64,000 bases of DNA from a bacterium (GTDB lineage: Bacteria; SAR324; NAC60-12). How positions within the stretch are numbered: the stretch's first letter is position 1; every line of letters starts with the position of its first letter. Shown here piece after piece: positions 50,550-60,372 of this stretch. Location of the stretch: contig OZ242383.1 in NCBI GenBank assembly GCA_965209155.1, positions 2,944,001 to 3,008,000 of the forward strand, in the 5' to 3' direction. The translations under genes and the position numbers were made by a program. The notes below the pieces were generated by a model that saw only the letters and a program-made list of their open reading frames with translations, did no database searches and was not told where the DNA came from.

Positions 50550-51146
50550 TCAAAACAGTTGACGACCCGAAAAAGCTTCAATCATTGTCACATCGTCCAC
50601 GTATTCCAAATCACCCCCTGCCGGGATTCCCCGTGCCAACCTTGTGATCTTGATAGCATTTTTCGCAAAAGCCTGTTGTAAAAACAGTGAAGTCGCTTCT
50701 CCCTTGACTGTGGGATGGGTCGCTAAGATCAACTCCTGCACTTCTCCGTTCTGCAAACGAATTTTCAATTCCGAAATTTTGAGTTGCTCTGGTCCTATGC
50801 CATCCAATGGTGAAATGGTCCCCATCAGTACATGATACAAACCGTGATAAACACCGCTTTTTTCGATGGGGAAAACGTTATTGGGTTGTTCGACGACGCA
50901 AATGATTTGGCGATTGCGAGTTTCATCCCGGCAAATAAGACAGGGATCGGATTCTGTAAAGGAAAAACAAATCGAGCAGTGACGGATACGTTGTTTGACA
51001 TCCATAATTGCTTCTGCTAAATTTTTAACTTCCGCTTCCGAGTATTGTAATATTCCGAATACCAGTCGTAGTGCTGTTTTACGTCCAATGCTGGGAAATT
51101 TGGACAGTTCTTGAATGAGACGTTCTAGGGATTCTGGAATTTGCAT
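50550..51146 (-). CDS. recR: Recombination mediator RecR
   Basis: PSIGRKTA, C4 zinc finger, ICVVE, GTISPLDGIGP, LEYVD. Confidence 0.97.
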   Translation of the reverse strand: MQIPESLERLIQELSKFPSIGRKTALRLVFGILQYSEAEVKNLAEAIMDVKQRIRHCSICFSFTESDPCLICRDETRNRQIICVVEQPNNVFPIEKSGVYHGLYHVLMGTISPLDGIGPEQLKISELKIRLQNGEVQELILATHPTVKGEATSLFLQQAFAKNAIKITRLARGIPAGGDLEYVDDVTMIEAFSGRQLF

Positions 51147-51158
51147 TGTGGTGTTTCA

Positions 51159-51728
51159 TTATTTCTTTTTCGCTCGAGGAAAATGTTTATCAGCTTGTCG
51201 GGCATTCGTAATCAAGATACCGGTCGGCTGGCCTTTTACGATCTCTATACCATTTTCCAATGGATCCCATTCGTCCGAATAGGGAGTCATCTTTTCTTTG
51301 GCTATCATTTTTAAACGTTGTTGGAATTCCCTTTCATTCTCCTTGATTTGTTCAAGCATTTGCGCATTACGTATCCACTTGCGGATCAGTTTGTTTTTGA
51401 TACCCGACATTTTCTCGGACAATTTTTCCAGGATGACGAGGTTTCGTTGGGAAATAGTATATTCGGCGCGTACATCAATGGCCACTTCCGCCTCTTCCAC
51501 AAGCATACCACATTTATGAATCCTGCCTCCGGGTACTTGCAATTCACTGTATTCGGTGGATTGGCAATTGGGACAATGCAACCACACAATGACTCCCGGA
51601 ATGGGCGTGGATTTGTCAGCGAATTCTTTTTTTTGCCGCCATTGATTGAGATCAATCACTTTATCCATGTCGACTCCCATTGAAACAACCATTTTTCCCC
51701 TTATATAACAATTGTCTGAAAAAGCCAA
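51159..51728 (-). CDS. Hypothetical protein with possible zinc ribbon (start uncertain)
   Basis: CPNC...HKC motif, coiled-coil-like middle; directly upstream of recR. Confidence 0.65.
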   Translation of the reverse strand: MAFSDNCYIRGKMVVSMGVDMDKVIDLNQWRQKKEFADKSTPIPGVIVWLHCPNCQSTEYSELQVPGGRIHKCGMLVEEAEVAIDVRAEYTISQRNLVILEKLSEKMSGIKNKLIRKWIRNAQMLEQIKENEREFQQRLKMIAKEKMTPYSDEWDPLENGIEIVKGQPTGILITNARQADKHFPRAKKK

Positions 51729-51853
51729 TCAAATAGTGACTTGCATCTGTTTTCTATTTGGTTATTTTGGGCTTTCTGCATAGTCCGAAGGTAAAAACTC
51801 CTTTTGTTCCCAGTTGTTCAATTGGGTGATTTATACTTTTTCCAGCAGGTACA

Positions 51854-52804
51854 ATGGATCAAAAATTTTCGTATTTCTTTCCTCCTTCGATTTTGGGATT
51901 GACGCTGTTTTGGATTCCCACGCTTGCCAATGCCGCAGACCAGCAAATCGTGGGACAACCCTGGTGGCTTTGGCCCATCTTGCTCTTTGGATTGACGTTT
52001 TTGATCGGAATCGTTGGCGTGATGGCAGGAATCGGGGGCGGAGTCTTGTTTGTACCGCTCGTCAGTGGATTTTTTCCATTTCATATTGATTTTGTGAGAG
52101 GTGCCGGGTTGATGATTGCCTTGGGAAGCTCTTTAGCTGCTGCTCCCAATCTACTTAATAAAAACGTTGCCAGTCTGAAACTGGCTCTACCGGCGGCCTT
52201 GATTGCTTCCGGATTTTCCATTGTCGGTGCCCTGAGCGGCCTGAGACTTTCGCAAGTCAATCCGGCATATATACAGGTAAGTCTGGGGATTTTGATTATC
52301 ATTATTGTTTTATTCATGCTTTTTTCCGGCAATACGGTCTATCCGAAAGTCAAACCAGGAAATTTTCTCACGCAAGCCCTGCAATTGAATGGTATTTTTT
52401 ATGAACCTACAATTAATCGTCAAGTGTCCTGGTCGGTGTATCGAACCGGCAGAGGACTGATGGCTTTCAGCTTGATCGGATTTCTGGCAGGTATGTTTGG
52501 GTTAGGTGCAGGTTGGGCAAATGTTCCGGTATTCAACTTGATAATGGGAGCTCCTTTAAAAATATCCGTAGCCACCAGCAGCTTTTCCCTTTCCATCACC
52601 GACACCACGGCAATTTGGATTTATTTCAATCAAGGGGCGCTTCTCCCCATCATCGTTGTTCCCTCCCTGGCAGGCGTTATGATTGGTGGCAAAATCGGAG
52701 GACATTTACTACCCAAAGTCAATCCCACTCTGATACGAAAAATGGTAATTGCAGTCTTATTACTGGCCGCCCTGCGCTCTTTGCTGAAAGGGATGGGATG
52801 GTGA
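51854..52804 (+). CDS. Sulfite exporter TauE/SafE (TSUP) family protein
   Basis: AGIGGGVLFVP and GMFGLGAGWANVP repeats, multi-TM. Confidence 0.92.
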   Translation: MDQKFSYFFPPSILGLTLFWIPTLANAADQQIVGQPWWLWPILLFGLTFLIGIVGVMAGIGGGVLFVPLVSGFFPFHIDFVRGAGLMIALGSSLAAAPNLLNKNVASLKLALPAALIASGFSIVGALSGLRLSQVNPAYIQVSLGILIIIIVLFMLFSGNTVYPKVKPGNFLTQALQLNGIFYEPTINRQVSWSVYRTGRGLMAFSLIGFLAGMFGLGAGWANVPVFNLIMGAPLKISVATSSFSLSITDTTAIWIYFNQGALLPIIVVPSLAGVMIGGKIGGHLLPKVNPTLIRKMVIAVLLLAALRSLLKGMGW

Positions 52805-52858
52805 CTTCAAATATCTCAATTAAGGTCTGACGAGATTTTTTGTACAAACGGGAACCGA

Positions 52859-53272
52859 ATGAAACAAAAATTTGAAAACCTGGATGTTCAACAGCGTTAT
52901 GCAGTCGTGTTGAGAACGATTTGTAATATGGGCCTGGTTCTTCTCTTTCTTACCTTTACATTGTATGTATTTGGTATAGTCAAACCTCTGATACCTTTGG
53001 AAACAATGTCTCAGTATTGGAATCTTCCCCTGCAAGAATTCTTACAGCAAACTGGCGCTCCCCGGGGTTGGCAATGGCTTGATCATATCAAAAAGGCCGA
53101 CTACCTCACATTCACCGGTTTGATTATTCTTGCAGGAGTGAGCGGAATCTGTTATCTAGTCTTACTGGTCGACTTCGTCAGAGCCAGGATGGCTTTATTT
53201 ACGCTTTTGGTCATTGCTGAGCTTTTATTGATTGTTCTTGCTGCGTCCAACCTTTTTGATGTTGGACATTGA
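52859..53272 (+). CDS. DUF1634-like membrane protein (TauE partner)
   Basis: Three hydrophobic segments, GW.WL motif, directly after TauE. Confidence 0.7.
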   Translation: MKQKFENLDVQQRYAVVLRTICNMGLVLLFLTFTLYVFGIVKPLIPLETMSQYWNLPLQEFLQQTGAPRGWQWLDHIKKADYLTFTGLIILAGVSGICYLVLLVDFVRARMALFTLLVIAELLLIVLAASNLFDVGH

Positions 53273-53292
53273 TCAATTGTTCCGGTGCAGTC

Positions 53293-54465
53293 ATGAGTGA
53301 TATATCCAGTATGAAAACCGCATTCAAAGAAGGGTATGAGACTTTATTTGGTCGACAATGGCCTTATTGGGTAGGTGGCATTTTGCTGGGAGGAATCAAT
53401 GTTTTCATGTTTGCCTATGCACGTCCCTGGAGTGCAGCAGATGGAATCAGAAACTGGGGAGATTGGTTCTATAATTCTATTGGCGCAGCCGATCAAATCA
53501 TCATTGATCCTCATCTATATTCGACCTCGGTGCTCAACTTTGGATTGATTGTCGGTAGCATGGCTGCGGCATTGTTTGCCCAACAGTTCGCCGTACGCAT
53601 TGCCCCTCTTCGGGAGCTTCTCAAAGGGATAAGCGGAGGAGCATTGATGGGAATTGGCTCGAGCCTCGCCTTTGGTTGTAACATCGGGGGGTTCTTCAGT
53701 GCTACCAGCGCCTTGTCCCTATCCGGGCCTACCATGATGTTAGGACTGCTCATTGGAGCGGTGATCGGACTCAAATTGCTCATTTGGGAAGTGGAATATC
53801 TACCTGCTGCCAGTGCCCCTCCTTCACAGCATACCTCTCCAAAGCGGAGAGTGCGACAACCGACGATAGCAGTTGTCCTTCTTCTTCTGGCAATGACCTT
53901 GGTCTTCATATACGATGGTTTCGATTATGAAGAGCGGGGAGGTCTTCTTTTTTTTGGTTTGCTGATCGGTATCGTTATGCAACGTTCTCGATTTTGCTTT
54001 GTACGTGCCTTTCGCGAGCCTTTTATGACAGGTCAAGGAGACGCCACGAAAGCGGTCGCCTTAGCGGTCATCATCAGTGTGAGTGGTTTTACTATTTTAA
54101 AATGGACAGACCTGAGAGAATGGGATACAATGGTTTCATCTGGATTCTGGCTCGGCAGTTTGATTGGAGGGATCATTTTCGGAATCGGCATGTCCTTTGC
54201 GGGAGGTTGCGGTTCAGGCTGCATCTGGAGAGCAGGAGAAGGTCACGTGAAATTATGGCTGGCGCTATTGACTTTTTCGTTGGTCGGTTCGTATTTCAGG
54301 ACATGGCTCGACGAGAGCGGCTGGTTGATGAAATTAGGAACCCAGGTTTTTCTGCCTGACATCATGAGTTGGAAACTGGCCTATCTTTCCATAATTGCCA
54401 TCATGCTGTTATGGTATTTGATGGCAACCTGGAATGAGATTAAAGGAAAATTGATCATTGCTTAA
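53293..54465 (+). CDS. YeeE/YedE (TsuA-like) sulfur-compound transporter
   Basis: LAFGCNIG, QRSRFCF, AGGCGSGC motifs; start uncertain (53269/53293/53311). Confidence 0.9.
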   Translation: MSDISSMKTAFKEGYETLFGRQWPYWVGGILLGGINVFMFAYARPWSAADGIRNWGDWFYNSIGAADQIIIDPHLYSTSVLNFGLIVGSMAAALFAQQFAVRIAPLRELLKGISGGALMGIGSSLAFGCNIGGFFSATSALSLSGPTMMLGLLIGAVIGLKLLIWEVEYLPAASAPPSQHTSPKRRVRQPTIAVVLLLLAMTLVFIYDGFDYEERGGLLFFGLLIGIVMQRSRFCFVRAFREPFMTGQGDATKAVALAVIISVSGFTILKWTDLREWDTMVSSGFWLGSLIGGIIFGIGMSFAGGCGSGCIWRAGEGHVKLWLALLTFSLVGSYFRTWLDESGWLMKLGTQVFLPDIMSWKLAYLSIIAIMLLWYLMATWNEIKGKLIIA

Positions 54466-54580
54466 TATTTTATTGCTTTGGATCAGCGTTCCTTTTACAG
54501 GAACAGGCTTGGAGTGAACTCTTCCAAGTCAGGCATATTTGAGCGAATGTCGCTCTTGTTTTAACAAAGAAAGGGGAAAA

Positions 54581-55900
54581 ATGGAGAAAGTTTTTAATCT
54601 GTACTCAATTGTTTTAATCGTGCTTTTATGCCTGACGTCAAACAACGTGATGGCCGGCAAGAAATTTGGCGCTCCTACCGAAGGAATGTCAAGTACCGAA
54701 TACCAGAATTTGGTTTTTCTCGATCCTCAAAATACCGTCCGCATGGACTGGGATGCTGTACAAGGATTGTCGGGATATTTTTTCATAGATAACCAAGGAG
54801 AACCCACAGTTTCCGTGGTGGATTATTTCCAGGAAAAAACTATCAAAAAAATCGATATGGGAGAGAATGGAAATCATCATATCTTTGTAATTCCCGGAGC
54901 TCGATACGTATACTCTTCACAGCGTTATGAAAAAGATGTGATGTGGCTCATTGATCTCACCACACTGGAAGTGGCGAAAAAATTCCATCTGAGCCGGGAC
55001 GGTAAACAGGTGATCGCCCCCCTGCACATTGGCTTTGCTTACACGCAACCGCTGGCTGTTACGGGTAATATTCTGGACAAAGAACATGGATATTTGACAT
55101 TCATTAATACGGCCCTTCATGAAACAGATAGCATTGTGGAATTGACATGCCATGGCGCCCGTGACGCCTTGTTCACACTGGACGATTCTAAAGTTTTCAC
55201 GAGTTGCCAGCAAGAACCGAAAGGCATGGCTGTTGTTGACGTTCAGAAAAGAGAACAAATCAAAATGATACCTCTCAAAGGGAGCAGGACCGGAGCCATG
55301 ACACCTGACGGTCGTTATTATATTGTCGGTGCTTCCGGAGCATTTCATATTTTTGATACCAATACCACCGACTTGATCAAAACGATCGAAGTACCGGGCG
55401 GAGCCGGAAATGTCACTTGTCTTAAAGATAGTTCTAAATGCTATGGTGGTCTGAGAAAAGCGGAAGCCGTGGCAGTGATGGATATGAAAAAGTTGGAATT
55501 GATCAAAACGATCGAGACCGGTCCGGATGCCAACCGCCTTTATTTGAATCCTGCTAATCCACGCTATGGGATTTTTGCCAATGAAGGTGGCAAATCCGAT
55601 TTTGTCACTATCATAGACACAGTGTCCGACGTTGCGGTGAAAAACATCTACACCGGTTTGGGGCCACACAATGTAGCCTTCAATCCTGCAGGAACCCATG
55701 CGATCGTTTCCACAAAAAAGGAACCCGTGGCGACCCTAATTGATACGTCATCTGCCGATCCGATGGACTGGGAGACTCTCACTACGGATATCGATTCAGG
55801 TATTCAAAACAATGGAGTCCGTTGGGTTCCACACCCGGATGAGCTGAAGCAATTGTTGGGGTTGCTGGTGTCCAATGAACTGATCCTGGTAAGCAATTAA
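54581..55900 (+). CDS. Secreted YncE/YVTN-type beta-propeller protein
   Basis: Signal peptide; repeats of V.V.D....IK.I..G..P/A; probable start ATG 54581 after AAGGGG. Confidence 0.8.
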   Translation: MEKVFNLYSIVLIVLLCLTSNNVMAGKKFGAPTEGMSSTEYQNLVFLDPQNTVRMDWDAVQGLSGYFFIDNQGEPTVSVVDYFQEKTIKKIDMGENGNHHIFVIPGARYVYSSQRYEKDVMWLIDLTTLEVAKKFHLSRDGKQVIAPLHIGFAYTQPLAVTGNILDKEHGYLTFINTALHETDSIVELTCHGARDALFTLDDSKVFTSCQQEPKGMAVVDVQKREQIKMIPLKGSRTGAMTPDGRYYIVGASGAFHIFDTNTTDLIKTIEVPGGAGNVTCLKDSSKCYGGLRKAEAVAVMDMKKLELIKTIETGPDANRLYLNPANPRYGIFANEGGKSDFVTIIDTVSDVAVKNIYTGLGPHNVAFNPAGTHAIVSTKKEPVATLIDTSSADPMDWETLTTDIDSGIQNNGVRWVPHPDELKQLLGLLVSNELILVSN

Positions 55901-55918
55901 AAAATAGTTTCCTGTTTA

Positions 55919-55951
55919 CCCCTCCCCCTTCTGGAAAAAAGAAGGGAGAGG
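55919..55951 (+). terminator. Stem-loop after the propeller gene
   Basis: CCTCCCCCTTCT...AGAAGGGAGAGG imperfect inverted repeat. Confidence 0.4.
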
Positions 55952-55996
55952 ACGTTTGCGTAAATCTTTATTCAAACCATACAGTCCGGAGGAATC

Positions 55997-56476
55997 ATGA
56001 AATCACAAATAAGCATCACACGAAGAAAATTCCTGCAATACATAACAATGGGGGGAATTGCAGTCCCGGTGTTTTCCAGCTTAATTTTTCCAAATCCGGT
56101 GCAAGGGGCCGTGACTACTGAAATATTCCGTTTCCCCCGGGATTTGAAGAATTTGACCGATGCCCAGCGCATGCATCTTCCCAAGGTCAATATGCCTCCC
56201 ATCGTTGAAGATGGCAGTCAGGCGCCAATCGTGGTGGAAATGGATCATCCGATGGATCCGGACCACTACATCAGGAGCATCCAAATCGTCAGTTTTAACG
56301 ATCCCGTCGTGAATAAGGGACAGTTTTTCTTCACTCCCGCCAATGGTCAAGTCTACTTGGGAACCCAAATTCGCTTGGATGGGGGGGAGAGTACAGTTTG
56401 GGTCATTGCCGAGTGTAACCAGCACGGTCTGTTCGCTATCAGTAAATCTGTCAAGGTGGCTGCTGGAGGATGTTGA
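55997..56476 (+). CDS. soxY: Tat-exported SoxY-like sulfur carrier with superoxide-reductase-type metal motifs
   Basis: TRRKFL Tat motif; P.IVEDG..API.V, LGTQIRL and C-terminal KSVKVAAGGC; also HLP, HPMDPDHYI and CNQHGL. Confidence 0.8.
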   Translation: MKSQISITRRKFLQYITMGGIAVPVFSSLIFPNPVQGAVTTEIFRFPRDLKNLTDAQRMHLPKVNMPPIVEDGSQAPIVVEMDHPMDPDHYIRSIQIVSFNDPVVNKGQFFFTPANGQVYLGTQIRLDGGESTVWVIAECNQHGLFAISKSVKVAAGGC

Positions 56477-58077
56477 TTATGTTGAGGAGAATTGCCTCGA
56501 TATTCGCAAAGACCACCACTCTTTTGTTCCTGCTTTTTTTCACAATCACGGGTCATTCCCTGCGAGCATCCGAGGCCGAAGAAATCCGGATTATTTCGAC
56601 CAATGATATTCATTATTATCTCCGTCCACTCTACTATCGGCATATTGATGAAGTTCGACCTTGGGGATCTCAAACACGTGATGGAAATTATATTGCAAAA
56701 GCAAAACTGGAGGGAAAAATTGGCGGGATGGCTCAGGTGGCTACGGTGATCGAGAAGCTCCGCAGCGAAAAACCCGGGAAATCTCTGGTAATTGATGCCG
56801 GAGATACCTGGCATGGCTCCGCATTTTCACTCCTGGACCAGGGCGCATCGATGGTCAAAATTATGAACACCATCGGCTACGACGCGATGGCACTCGGCAA
56901 CTGGGATTTCTATTATGAAGAAGATCAATTTCTAAATCTGGTGGAACAATGTGAATTCCCGGTGTTGGCATACAATCTCGTTGACAAAGAATGGGAAGAA
57001 CCCGTCCTGGAGCAATATACTGTAAACCAGGTAGGAAACCTGAGAGTGGCAATTGTAGGCATGACATATCCCTGGACTGCCCTCACATCTGCCATTACAG
57101 GTGCCGCTCGATGGTACAAGTTCGGAATCAGAGAAAATGAAGCTCAGCTGTTGATTCAGCAAATCAGAAAGGAGGAAGACCCCGACCTCGTAATTTTTGT
57201 CTCTCATGGCGGCTACGGTTTAGATCAAAAGTTTGCAAAACGTGTGGATGGTATTGATGTCATAGTCAGTAGTCATACCCATGATGAAATTTTTCATCCC
57301 CTTGTCTGGAACAATACGATCATTTACCAGGCAGGTGCACACGGAAAATTTGTAGCAAAACTGGATCTCCGGGTCAAAGACAAGAAAGTGCTTAATTTCG
57401 ATTACCAGTTGGTCAGGATCAATCAGAATCGTATCCCGGCTCATCCTGGAGTTGCCAAAATAATTGAACAAGCATACCAACCCCATCAAAAAAAACTGGA
57501 AGAGATCATTGGAGAATCCAGGAGCATGCTCTACCGGCGGGATTATTGGCAAAGTACCCTGGGAAATCTAATCACTGCCGCGTTGCGGGATTCCGCCCAA
57601 ACCGATATCGCCTTTTTCCCGGCCTGGAGATATGGTGCCACCATACTTCCGGGAAAAATCACTGTTGGGGACGTGTACAATATCGTACCCACCCATGGAC
57701 GAATTATCACTTATTCCATGCAAGGAGAGCAAATCAAGATGTTGCTGGAAAATATTCTGGGAAGTTTCACAGACCCGGATCCTTATGCTCGCGTAGGGGG
57801 GGACATGATCCGCTTCGCGGGTCTTAAAATCCGCTACGACTTGAACAGGAAATTGAGAGATCGCATTGTTTCCCTGCAGGTTGAGGATCAACCCATTGAT
57901 TTCAACAAGTCTTACAGCATTGCTTCAGTGCATACGCGATTTCAAAACAATCCTCTTTTTGGGGCAACGAACATCAAAGACACCGGTAAAATATTTGTTG
58001 AGGAACTGGTCCAATATATCCGAGAGCATTCACCCATTGTCTCTGAAATTGATGATAGAATACTGTCAGTTCGTTGA
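56470..58077 (+). CDS. soxB: SoxB-like thiosulfohydrolase (5'-nucleotidase fold)
   Basis: NDIH, DAGDTWHG, GNWDF, SHTH metal motifs; LYRR, PAWRYG and DPY..VGGDMIR resemble SoxB. Confidence 0.8.
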   Translation: MLIMLRRIASIFAKTTTLLFLLFFTITGHSLRASEAEEIRIISTNDIHYYLRPLYYRHIDEVRPWGSQTRDGNYIAKAKLEGKIGGMAQVATVIEKLRSEKPGKSLVIDAGDTWHGSAFSLLDQGASMVKIMNTIGYDAMALGNWDFYYEEDQFLNLVEQCEFPVLAYNLVDKEWEEPVLEQYTVNQVGNLRVAIVGMTYPWTALTSAITGAARWYKFGIRENEAQLLIQQIRKEEDPDLVIFVSHGGYGLDQKFAKRVDGIDVIVSSHTHDEIFHPLVWNNTIIYQAGAHGKFVAKLDLRVKDKKVLNFDYQLVRINQNRIPAHPGVAKIIEQAYQPHQKKLEEIIGESRSMLYRRDYWQSTLGNLITAALRDSAQTDIAFFPAWRYGATILPGKITVGDVYNIVPTHGRIITYSMQGEQIKMLLENILGSFTDPDPYARVGGDMIRFAGLKIRYDLNRKLRDRIVSLQVEDQPIDFNKSYSIASVHTRFQNNPLFGATNIKDTGKIFVEELVQYIREHSPIVSEIDDRILSVR

Positions 58078-58125
58078 GTGTAAATAACCAGTAAAAATTA
58101 TGAACCCTATCAAAATAAGGATACC

Positions 58126-58476
58126 TTGGCTGAAAAAATTAATCCTCCCCGCCTCCGCTTGCCGAGAAGGATCAAAAAAGATCAACTATTCAAAGTGAAA
58201 GTGAAATTCGACCATCCTTCGTTCACAGGGTTGGGACGTGTAGATGAGAAAACCCTGCCTCGATTCAATCGTGCGGTTCCAACTTCGTTCATCCGCACAA
58301 TGTTGGTTTATTATGGAGATGAGCTGGTCAACCGATTCGCCATGAGTTCCGCCATTGCTGACAATCCTCTCTTCACTTTCAAGTTGAAAGCAACCAAGAA
58401 TGCCCTGCTCAAGGTTGTGTTTGTGGATAACTATGGAGAACGGTGGGAAATCTCAAAAGAAATCGAGCCCCGTTAG
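58126..58476 (+). CDS. soxZ: SoxZ-like protein
   Basis: VKVKFDHPSFTG, VPTSFI, SSAIADNPLFTF, VVFVDNYG. Confidence 0.8.
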   Translation: MAEKINPPRLRLPRRIKKDQLFKVKVKFDHPSFTGLGRVDEKTLPRFNRAVPTSFIRTMLVYYGDELVNRFAMSSAIADNPLFTFKLKATKNALLKVVFVDNYGERWEISKEIEPR

Positions 58477-58503
58477 CTGGATTTCAACTTATTGGAGCAG
58501 TAA

Positions 58504-58540
58504 CGGAGTTTTTATTTTAAATCCAAAGAAAAAACTCCGC
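58504..58540 (+). terminator. Stem-loop after soxZ
   Basis: CGGAGTTTTT...AAAAACTCCG. Confidence 0.45.
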
Positions 58541-58580
58541 TACCTCACATTCATTTTAAGGTGAGAATCGAGGATCATTC

Positions 58581-59291
58581 ATGAATAAAAAACTTACTGC
58601 CTTTTTCTTTGGTTCTTTAACGGCAGGAATAATTTTAAACACAATTGCTCTTCATTCAATGGTTTATGCGGAGAAAGCTCAATTTGAAATTGAAGGATTG
58701 ATCTCCCCCGCCAGTCCCAAGGCTTTAACGAAAGGCTTGTTGGACAAGCTGAAAGTGAAAGTGATTGATCTGAATTTGAAAAACACACCCAGTGGTTGGC
58801 CTGTACTGACTGTCGAATTCGACGCCGATACTGTCAGCAAAGAAACAATTGAATCCACCATTGCAGCTATCGAAGATCCGGCAGGTCATAATTATCGGGT
58901 TCACAAAGGACCCTCACGAGTAGAAACACCGTTACTCGAGGAAGAAATAGACGCAATGGTAGCCATACCTCCATCAGTTCCTGAAATCCCTACTCTGGAA
59001 AATCCAATTCCACGCACCAGTGAATCGGAGGCACGGGGTCAATCACTGTATCAAAAAAACTGTGCCAAATGCCATGGTTTGGATGGTGGCGGACAAGGCC
59101 CCAGTGCTCATGGATTCATAAGTAATCCCCGCAAACTCTACGTTTGGTACAATGCCGCTTCCTCCGCAGATGGATATTTGTTCTGGTATATAACCTATGG
59201 ACGCAACGACATGCCTCCCTGGGGACTGGTCCTTTCGGAAGAAGAACGCTGGCACTTGGTGAATTACATCAAAACCATCAAACAACCATAA
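58581..59291 (+). CDS. Secreted HMA-like domain fused to monoheme cytochrome c
   Basis: Signal peptide; FEIEGLISPAS (HMA-like without CxxC); CAKCH heme motif; MPPWG. Confidence 0.8.
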   Translation: MNKKLTAFFFGSLTAGIILNTIALHSMVYAEKAQFEIEGLISPASPKALTKGLLDKLKVKVIDLNLKNTPSGWPVLTVEFDADTVSKETIESTIAAIEDPAGHNYRVHKGPSRVETPLLEEEIDAMVAIPPSVPEIPTLENPIPRTSESEARGQSLYQKNCAKCHGLDGGGQGPSAHGFISNPRKLYVWYNAASSADGYLFWYITYGRNDMPPWGLVLSEEERWHLVNYIKTIKQP

Positions 59292-59333
59292 TTTTCAAAG
59301 GGGCTTTGTTCAACAGACGAATTCGCAACGGGT

Positions 59334-59762
59334 TTGAAAATGGAGATCATTAAGGATATCGTCACCCAATCGTTTTACGATATAAAATTTGAAGAACTCC
59401 TTGAGGATTTGGTCACAGAAATCGAATTGCGCAATTATCGCATCACTCGTGTTTATAATATAGACAACATCAAAGAACGCGATGAGTTACTACATGATAT
59501 TCAAGTGAAGTTCGAGAATTACAAAATCGTGGAATTTTGCAATTTGAACAATTGCGCCAAATTGATTTCTTCACATCTTTTAGCAGGCGTCTTCATGCCC
59601 GTGAAATTCATAATTTACCAGGAAGAATCACAAAATCATGTACAAATTGCTTTTTTAAAACCAACTGCTTTTGCCAGAATTTTTGCTTCAATTCCTCTCA
59701 CTGAGATTGCCGCAGTGTTGGAGAAAGATATGTACCATGTATTGCAAGAAATCGATTTTTAA
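59334..59762 (+). CDS. DUF302-like protein
   Basis: YKIVEFCN, FMPVKFIIY motifs. Confidence 0.75.
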   Translation: MKMEIIKDIVTQSFYDIKFEELLEDLVTEIELRNYRITRVYNIDNIKERDELLHDIQVKFENYKIVEFCNLNNCAKLISSHLLAGVFMPVKFIIYQEESQNHVQIAFLKPTAFARIFASIPLTEIAAVLEKDMYHVLQEIDF

Positions 59763-60324
59763 AAAAATTCTGCTGACAAGTCTTACTTTTCTGATGATAT
59801 TGGCTTTTCATCATGCCATTGCTCAGGAATCGAAAGCAAAGTTGGGAGGCGATTTCACTTTGCAATCTCCGCAAGGTCCTGTCTCTCTTCATGATTTTCA
59901 AGGCAAAGTAGTTCTGTTGTTTTTTGGATACACGAGTTGTCCATCTATGTGTCCCATATCCCTGTTGACTATGGAAAGAACATTTTCCCAAATCCCTGCG
60001 GAGAATTTAAAGAAAATACAAGCGCTCTTCATCAGCCTGGACCCTGAACACGACACCTTGGAAAAGTTGAATCAATATACGGGATATTTTCATCCCAACA
60101 TTCTTGGCGTGACGGATATACCAGAACGCATTGCCCGAGTTGCGCAACAATATGGCGTAGTTTACTCAAAAAAAACATTGAACAATTCAGCCTTGAAATA
60201 CGTCATCAACCATACTGCCGATATCTTCCTGGTGGACCCCCAGGGAAATTTACAAGAAACAATGGCCCATGATTCTCCCCCCCAACAGCTTCGCGATTCT
60301 ATCCTTCGTCTTCTTCCTCAATAA
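59734..60324 (+). CDS. SCO/SenC copper chaperone (start uncertain)
   Basis: GGDFTL, FFGYTSCPSMCP, ISLDPE.D, INHT. Confidence 0.9.
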   Translation, partial: TMYCKKSIFKKILLTSLTFLMILAFHHAIAQESKAKLGGDFTLQSPQGPVSLHDFQGKVVLLFFGYTSCPSMCPISLLTMERTFSQIPAENLKKIQALFISLDPEHDTLEKLNQYTGYFHPNILGVTDIPERIARVAQQYGVVYSKKTLNNSALKYVINHTADIFLVDPQGNLQETMAHDSPPQQLRDSILRLLPQ

Positions 60325-60372
60325 GGATCCCGAACACCATTTTAACCTTCAATCTCTTCAAATTGGACTCTG

